A DNA stretch of 24,000 bases from Phytobacter sp. V91 (GTDB lineage Bacteria; Pseudomonadota; Gammaproteobacteria; Enterobacterales; Enterobacteriaceae): positions 21,276 to 45,275 of the forward strand of contig NZ_CBFFRJ010000026.1 of NCBI RefSeq assembly GCF_965644225.1. The letters are read 5' to 3'. Below the pieces are notes generated by a model. The model searched no databases, was not told the origin of the DNA, and saw only the letters and a program-made list of their open reading frames with translations. Position 1 is the stretch's first letter. Each line of letters opens with the position of its first letter. A program made the translations under genes and the position numbers. Of this stretch, positions 17,333 to 24,000 are shown in pieces.

Positions 17333-19330
17333 TCAGCCCAGGACACCCATGTCCTGCAGGGATTCCAGCACGTTGCGCCCTTCGCGCACGCCATCGATAA
17401 TGCGGCGCGCCATCACGCTATCGCCGATATTCATTACCGGGATCTGCCGGGTGCTGGCCCAGTGCTGGACTTCATCAAGGCCGTTTCTGTTGGCGCGCAT
17501 TCCCAGGCATACAAAGCCGTAATCAAAGGGAATGTCATAAGCGCGGTCGGCTTTTTTGACGCTGAAATGGTCCGGATGGACGCTGACGAGTTGTGTTTGC
17601 ATATGCTGTTCCACCTGGTGTTCATCCAGCATGGCCAACATGGCGTTTTTGGTGATGATATCCAGATCGCGTCCCGGGGCATCCTGCATCTCAATCAGGG
17701 TGGTTCGGGCCCCGCGGCCGGAGAAATATTCGATAACGTCCAGGCCTACTGCGCCGCCGCCCACCACGGCGATGCGCTTACCTTCGGCATCGGCAAACCG
17801 CGCAAGATGATGGATCATGCCGGTAATGGAGAAGACATTGCCGCCTTCGACATCAATGCACTCCAGCAGGCCGCTAATCGGTGGTAACAGGGGAGTGGAA
17901 CCGGTGGCATTAATGATCAGGTCAGGATGCAGTTCTGCGATCGTTTCAACACTGGCTTCCTGGCCTACCTGAAGGAGCAGGTTATTGAGGCCTGAGATAC
18001 GGTTTTTCATAAACTGCGGGAAGTCAGCGATGCGCTTTTTCTCCGGCAGCAGCGATATTTCGCTGGCCAGGCCGCCAAGGCTGTTTCTTTTCTCCAGCAA
18101 CCAGGTATGGCAACCCACTTCCGCAGCGGTGCAGGCCGCTTCCATCCCTGCGGTTCCGGCTCCAATCACCACGACACGGGTATCACGGTTAACTTTGCGC
18201 TGTTTGTAGGCATCGCCATGAATAATGTCCGGGTTGATTGAGCAACGCAGGGGGCGAGAGCGGGCAATACGGTGATCGGCGCAGCCAATATTGCAGGAGA
18301 TGCATTTACGCATCAGACGCTCGTTGCCCTGCTGCACTTTCTGTACCCATTCCGGCTCGGCAATCAGCCCGCGACCAATGGCGATAAGGTCGGCATCACC
18401 GCTGGCAATAATATCTTCGGCGACTTTTGGGGTGCGGATGTTGCCCGCGATCACGGTGGGTTTATTAAACTTCTCGCGCACGGCGCGGGAGAGGTACCTT
18501 TTCCAGCCATCCTCGAGAGACATCTGGTCAATTTGCAGATTGAGGCTGTCGTTTTGCGCGGCGGAAACGTTGAGGATGTCGACCTTATCCTGGCAGAGCG
18601 CAAGCATGCGCAAGGTATCATCCAGCGTATTCCCGCCTTTGAGGAAATCATCAGCGCTAAAACGCAGGCTGATGGGGAAGCGGGGGCCGACGCTGGCGCG
18701 CACTTTGTCCACCACCAGGCAGAGCATTCTGGCGCGATTTTCGACGTCGCCGCCAAATTCGTCGGTTCGCTTATTGAACAGCGGGGACAAAAACTGGCTG
18801 ATTAAATATGAGTGACCGGCATGAATTTCCACGCAGTCAAAACCGGCTCGTTTGACGCGTTCAGCCGCTTCGCCAAATTTATCCACCGCATGATAAATTT
18901 CTTCCCGGGTCATTGCCCGTGGAATATTACCGTTCTTTTTCGACGGGGTTGTTGAGGAAGAGAGCGGCTGTTCGCCATTCAGGCGATAAGGATAAGCGGA
19001 AGCACCTGCATGGTTAAGTTGAATAGAGACACAGGCGCCATGTTTATGTAATGTTTCCGTTAATTTAAATAAGCCGGGAATATATTGATCGTTATCGATA
19101 CGTAACTGTGTGGTGCCATTAGAGGCAAAAGGAAAATCGATGCAAATATTCTCAATTGTAATTAAGCCAGTACCCCCTTTTGCCCGCAGCTCGTAGTACT
19201 CAAGCTGTTCGCCGGAGACTTCACCGTTCAGGGTCGCCATGTTGGTGCCCATCGGCGGCATGATGATGCGGTTTTTCAGCGTCATACCGTTGATGGTAAG
19301 CGGGCTAAAAAGGTGTTGATAGTGGCTCAT
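17333..19330 (-). CDS. NAD(P)H-dependent Fe-S flavoenzyme of the 2,4-dienoyl-CoA reductase (FadH) / 2-enoate reductase / BaiCD-BaiH family (665 aa)
   Basis: N-terminal OYE-like barrel (LFSPLTINGMTLKNRIIMPPMG, QLNHAGAS, VEIHAGHSYLISQFLSP..NKRTDEFGG). Cys cluster CISCNIGC-x12-C, comparable to FadH CIGCNQAC-x11-C. Two Rossmann motifs (VVVIGAGTAGMEAA and IAVVGGGAVGLDV). Start set at the ATG at 19330 (GGAGAGG RBS, matches family N-termini) rather than the track start at 19453. Confidence 0.85.
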   Translation of the reverse strand: MSHYQHLFSPLTINGMTLKNRIIMPPMGTNMATLNGEVSGEQLEYYELRAKGGTGLITIENICIDFPFASNGTTQLRIDNDQYIPGLFKLTETLHKHGACVSIQLNHAGASAYPYRLNGEQPLSSSTTPSKKNGNIPRAMTREEIYHAVDKFGEAAERVKRAGFDCVEIHAGHSYLISQFLSPLFNKRTDEFGGDVENRARMLCLVVDKVRASVGPRFPISLRFSADDFLKGGNTLDDTLRMLALCQDKVDILNVSAAQNDSLNLQIDQMSLEDGWKRYLSRAVREKFNKPTVIAGNIRTPKVAEDIIASGDADLIAIGRGLIAEPEWVQKVQQGNERLMRKCISCNIGCADHRIARSRPLRCSINPDIIHGDAYKQRKVNRDTRVVVIGAGTAGMEAACTAAEVGCHTWLLEKRNSLGGLASEISLLPEKKRIADFPQFMKNRISGLNNLLLQVGQEASVETIAELHPDLIINATGSTPLLPPISGLLECIDVEGGNVFSITGMIHHLARFADAEGKRIAVVGGGAVGLDVIEYFSGRGARTTLIEMQDAPGRDLDIITKNAMLAMLDEHQVEQHMQTQLVSVHPDHFSVKKADRAYDIPFDYGFVCLGMRANRNGLDEVQHWASTRQIPVMNIGDSVMARRIIDGVREGRNVLESLQDMGVLG

Positions 19331-19654
19331 TGTTCCTCTCCACAGGATATCCCGAAGGCCGACATGCGGTACTTCTGATATATCCAAAATTAATATGTTT
19401 CTGCGGGAAAGATAACGAGGGGGAAGAGGGAAAAATAATGCTTTTTTTTGCATGAAACCATAGGGTCTTTCTATGCAATTAACCGTTTTTTCACATGCTG
19501 GTATTTATATATTAAATAATTAATCCGTATTTTTACTTGTGCTGGCGAGTTGATACAAAAATGTCAGCGGTCAGGCGGGAATGAATGGCAAAACGGCGAT
19601 AACTTATTTTTAGAAAATCAAATATCCTTTCTTATGGTATGGATTAATGTCGAT

Positions 19655-19676
19655 AATTGTGATGTAGATCACTATT
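19655..19676. promoter_or_regulatory. Near-consensus CRP-like site at the island/leuD junction
   Basis: aatTGTGAtgtagaTCACTatt versus the consensus aaaTGTGAtctagaTCACAttt: 9 of 10 core positions. Lies about 335 bp upstream of the flavoenzyme start codon, so its target promoter is uncertain. Confidence 0.4.
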
Positions 19677-19692
19677 ATGCCGGGCGAAAATT

Positions 19693-19722
19693 AAACAAAA
19701 ATGCCCGGCGCTTTGGCCGGGC
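19693..19722 (-). terminator. leuABCD operon rho-independent terminator
   Basis: On the minus strand: gcccggc-caaagc-gccgggc followed by atttttgttt, 20 nt downstream of the leuD stop. Confidence 0.75.
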
Positions 19723-19742
19723 AGAGATTATCAGGCGCGCAA

Positions 19743-20348
19743 TCAGTTCATAAACGCAGGCTGATTGTTCTCGTAGGCTGCAATGGCCTCTTCATGCTGC
19801 AAGGTCAGTCCGATGCTGTCCAGGCCGTTGATCATGCAGTGGCGACGGAAGGCATCAATGGTAAAGCTGTAGGATTTGTCTCCGGCTTTCACCACCTGGG
19901 CTTCCAGATCTACTTCAAACGAGATACCCGGCCTGGCGTGGACCAGGGTAAACAGCTCATCGATCTCTTCATCGCTCAACTTCACCGGCAGCAGTTGGTT
20001 GTTAAAACTGTTGCCATAGAAGATGTCTGCGAAGCTCGGCGCAATCACGGTTTTGAAGCCGTAGTCTGTCAGCGCCCAGGGCGCGTGCTCACGTGATGAA
20101 CCGCAACCAAAGTTCTCCCGGGCCAGCAAAATGGAAGCGCCTTTATATACCGGGAAGTTCAGCACAAACTCCGGGTTCGGTACTTCTCCCTTATCATCAA
20201 GGAAGCGCCAGTCATTAAACAGATGTGCGCCAAAGCCGGTGCGCGTGACCTTCTGCAAAAACTGTTTTGGAATAATGGCGTCGGTATCGACGTTGGCGGC
20301 ATCCAGCGGGACAACCAGGCCAGTATGTTGGGTATATTTCTCTGCCAT
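19743..20348 (-). CDS. leuD: 3-isopropylmalate dehydratase small subunit (201 aa)
   Basis: Homology starts at [33 protein letters not shown] (ATG at 20348). The track ORF is extended by 14 codons into leuC. Confidence 0.95.
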   Translation of the reverse strand: MAEKYTQHTGLVVPLDAANVDTDAIIPKQFLQKVTRTGFGAHLFNDWRFLDDKGEVPNPEFVLNFPVYKGASILLARENFGCGSSREHAPWALTDYGFKTVIAPSFADIFYGNSFNNQLLPVKLSDEEIDELFTLVHARPGISFEVDLEAQVVKAGDKSYSFTIDAFRRHCMINGLDSIGLTLQHEEAIAAYENNQPAFMN

Positions 20349-20358
20349 GATTATCTCC

Positions 20359-21756
20359 TTACAGGCTGCGAACGTCAGCGAAATGGCCACTCACCGCGGC
20401 AGCGGCGGCCATTGCCGGGCTAACCAAATGTGTGCGACCACCACGGCCCTGACGGCCTTCAAAGTTACGGTTACTGGTCGATGCGCAGCGCTCACCCGGG
20501 TTCAGGCGATCGTTGTTCATTGCCAGGCACATTGAGCAGCCTGGCAGGCGCCATTCAAAACCGGCTTCGATGAAGATTTTATCCAGTCCTTCAGCTTCAG
20601 CCTGAGCTTTTACCGGGCCGGAGCCAGGGACGACCAGCGCCTGTACGCCCGGAGCCACTTTACGCCCTTTAGCGACTTCAGCCGCCGCGCGCAAATCTTC
20701 AATGCGTGAGTTGGTGCAGGAACCAATAAAGACTTTATCGATAGCAACAGAGGTCAGCGGTACGCCAGGTTGCAGACCCATATAGGCCAGCGCTTTTTCT
20801 GCTGATGCACGTTCAACGGGATCGGCAAAGGAAGCGGGATCGGGAATATTGTCATTCACGGAAATGACCTGGCCTGGGTTAGTGCCCCAGGTGACCTGCG
20901 GAGCAATCTCTTCTGCCTGCAAGGTCACGACGGTATCGAACTGAGCGCCATCGTCGGTTTTCAGGGTTTTCCAGTATTCCACGGCATCGTCAAAATCTTT
21001 GCCTTTCGGCGCATGCAGACGACCTTTAACGTAGTTGAAGGTGGTTTCATCCGGTGCGACCAGACCCGCTTTAGCCCCCATTTCAATGGCCATATTGCAC
21101 AGGGTCATACGACCCTCCATGCTCAGCGCCTGAATGGCTTCGCCGCAGAACTCCACAACATGGCCGGTACCGCCCGCGCTGCCGGTGGTGCCGATAATGG
21201 CCAGCACGATGTCTTTAGCGGTGATGCCCGCCGCAGCTTTGCCTTTGACTTCAATCTTCATGGTCCTGGCGCGGCCCTGCTTCAGGGTCTGGGTCGCCAG
21301 AACATGTTCAACTTCGGATGTGCCGATACCGAAGGCTAATGCCCCAAATGCGCCGTGTGTCGCAGTATGGGAGTCGCCACAGACGATGGTCATGCCAGGC
21401 AGGGTCACGCCCTGTTCCGGTCCCATCACGTGCACGATGCCCTGATACGGGTGGTTCAGGTCATACAGCTCCACGCCGAACTCTTTGCAGTTTTTAATCA
21501 GTTCCTGCATCTGGATACGCGCCATCTCACCGGAGGCATTGATATCCTTGGTCTGGGTTGAGACGTTGTGATCCATGGTGGCAAAGGTCTTGCTTGGCTG
21601 GCGCACCGGGCGTTTGTGCGCACGCAGGCCATCGAACGCCTGAGGTGATGTCACTTCATGCACCAGATGGCGGTCGATATACAACAACGGGGTTTCGTTT
21701 GCCGCTTCGTAGACTACGTGCGCATCAAACAACTTTTCGTACAAGGTCTTAGCCAT
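20359..21756 (-). CDS. leuC: 3-isopropylmalate dehydratase large subunit (465 aa)
   Basis: Starts [18 protein letters not shown] and is near-identical to E. coli LeuC throughout, including the aconitase-type Cys ligand regions (GSCTNSR, GCSMCL). The track start is a GTG 2 codons upstream. Confidence 0.95.
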   Translation of the reverse strand: MAKTLYEKLFDAHVVYEAANETPLLYIDRHLVHEVTSPQAFDGLRAHKRPVRQPSKTFATMDHNVSTQTKDINASGEMARIQMQELIKNCKEFGVELYDLNHPYQGIVHVMGPEQGVTLPGMTIVCGDSHTATHGAFGALAFGIGTSEVEHVLATQTLKQGRARTMKIEVKGKAAAGITAKDIVLAIIGTTGSAGGTGHVVEFCGEAIQALSMEGRMTLCNMAIEMGAKAGLVAPDETTFNYVKGRLHAPKGKDFDDAVEYWKTLKTDDGAQFDTVVTLQAEEIAPQVTWGTNPGQVISVNDNIPDPASFADPVERASAEKALAYMGLQPGVPLTSVAIDKVFIGSCTNSRIEDLRAAAEVAKGRKVAPGVQALVVPGSGPVKAQAEAEGLDKIFIEAGFEWRLPGCSMCLAMNNDRLNPGERCASTSNRNFEGRQGRGGRTHLVSPAMAAAAAVSGHFADVRSL

Positions 21757-21758
21757 GA

Positions 21759-24000
<2,242 letters not shown>

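Noticed and set aside
17186-18815. Plus-strand ORFs of 233, 177 and 174 aa inside the flavoenzyme gene
   Set aside because: They are antisense to a strongly supported 665-aa coding frame and have no domain-like sequence features.
19501-19520. AT-only quasi-palindrome TATTTA-TATAT-TAAATA
   Set aside because: It is low-complexity AT sequence where such symmetry arises by chance. I did not find it repeated elsewhere.
11892-19742. The idea that the insert is a phage-defence island, a toxin-antitoxin locus or a mobile element
   Set aside because: All six ORFs have clear metabolic, transport or regulator signatures. There are no nuclease, helicase, ATPase, methyltransferase, integrase or transposase features, no small paired ORFs, and no terminal inverted or direct repeats that I could find.
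19550-19753. 67-aa plus-strand ORF in the AT-rich region
   Set aside because: It has a non-ATG start, no RBS, runs through the CRP-like site and the leu terminator hairpins into leuD, and has a low-complexity composition.

Overview
This is an Enterobacteriaceae chromosomal segment. The core genes look GC-rich and resemble Klebsiella, Enterobacter or Citrobacter; I cannot assign a species from sequence alone. It is collinear with the E. coli K-12 ara-thi-sgr-leu region. On the minus strand: araA (3' end cut by the window edge) and araB. On the plus strand: the araBAD/araC control region, araC and yabI. On the minus strand: thiQ, thiP and thiB with a TPP riboswitch, then sgrR. On the plus strand: sgrS/sgrT and setA. 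On the minus strand at the right end: leuD, leuC, leuB and leuA (5' end cut by the window edge). In K-12, setA and leuD are adjacent convergent genes. Here they are separated by an accessory insert of about 7.8 kb (about 11892-19742) that is visibly more AT-rich and carries no mobility genes. The insert holds a DgoT/GudP-like ACS-family MFS transporter divergent from a LysR regulator, plus a tightly packed 4-gene minus-strand operon. The operon encodes a 665-aa FadH/enoate-reductase/BaiH-family Fe-S flavoenzyme, a YdiB-like quinate/shikimate dehydrogenase, a YdiM/YdiN-like MFS transporter and a type I 3-dehydroquinate dehydratase paralog. No dehydroshikimate dehydratase or protocatechuate genes are present. 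My main hypothesis (an inference) is that this is a reductive quinate/shikimate route working by oxidation, dehydration and C=C reduction, not the classical aromatic route. Other points of interest: an ERIC repeat inside the sgrS gene between sgrT and the base-pairing domain; a 20-nt motif shared by the two promoter regions of the island; a perfect palindrome with 14-bp arms in front of the ACS transporter; and a near-consensus CRP site at the island/leuD junction. Many ORF-track entries are antisense shadows or carry 5' extensions, and I corrected several start codons by homology and RBS position.
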